Assembly (NCBI GenBank): GCA_963674745.2
Contig: CAXXDV010000003.1
Location: forward strand, 480,001-544,000
Origin: Desulfosudaceae bacterium
GTDB taxonomy: Bacteria; Desulfobacterota; Desulfobacteria; Desulfobacterales; Desulfosudaceae
Direction: 5' to 3'
Length of the DNA: 64,000 bases
Part shown: positions 63,766 through 64,000 of the stretch, one piece after another
Layout of the letters: the number at the start of each line of letters is the position of its first letter
How positions within the stretch are numbered: the first letter of the stretch is position 1
Made by a program: the position numbers and the translations under genes
The notes under the pieces: generated by a model
Told to the model about the DNA's origin: nothing
Database searches by the model: none
What the model saw: only the letters and a program-made list of their open reading frames with translations

Positions 63766-64000
63766 TTAACAGAGCATTAGCTGTTGCTGAACAGGGGCCA
63801 CCTCCTTTGGCATTACATCAAATGGTTTATCTATCCATTCCCATAATCCCCTGTAGGTAAACAGGTTCCAGCGAAGAAAGGCCACCAGGTTGGATAACGG
63901 CCAATCAAATTTTGATTTCAGCTGAAGGTACTTTATCAACAGCATGGCAATCAATGCTGTCCAAATCTGAATATACAAGGCGTTCTCACTGGTTCCGACA
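63766..64000 (-). mobile_element. IS4-family transposase, C-terminal end (extends beyond the window)
   Basis: GTSENALYIQIWTALIAMLL..W.LSNLV..LR.NLF is typical of IS4-type DDE transposase C-termini. Confidence 0.8.

Overview
The window looks like chromosome from an anaerobic Desulfobacterota-type bacterium. This is inferred from gene content and REP types, not from a search. About 1-35.8 kb is a large surface-glycan or glycolipid tailoring region. It holds ten radical-SAM genes: nine of the B12-binding (class B) type and one GT2-radical SAM fusion. It also holds GDP-heptose enzymes (HddA/HddC-like), an epimerase, a miniature TPP-dependent E1 alpha/beta pair, a decayed transketolase, a polyprenol-phosphate-type GT2, three tandem YfhO-like GT-C paralogs, an ArnT-like GT-C and a His-type sugar 3-dehydratase. 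About 36-53 kb is housekeeping DNA (nfo, skp, kptA-like, hemL, serpin, rlmB, icd, comF, nitrilase family, MCP, PilZ proteins) with dense GTAG/CGTC REP arrays between the genes. About 54.6-64 kb carries two polysaccharide operon starts, each preceded by the same 21-bp ops/JUMPstart-like motif: wbpB-wecB-truncated wzx, bracketed by a ~500-bp direct repeat, and wzm-wzt-sulfotransferase. It also carries cobO, an AAA+ ATPase and the end of an IS4 transposase. Several genes have +1 homopolymer frameshifts that may be sequencing errors. No rRNA, tRNA or CRISPR array was seen. All family calls come from motifs read by eye; no searches were run.
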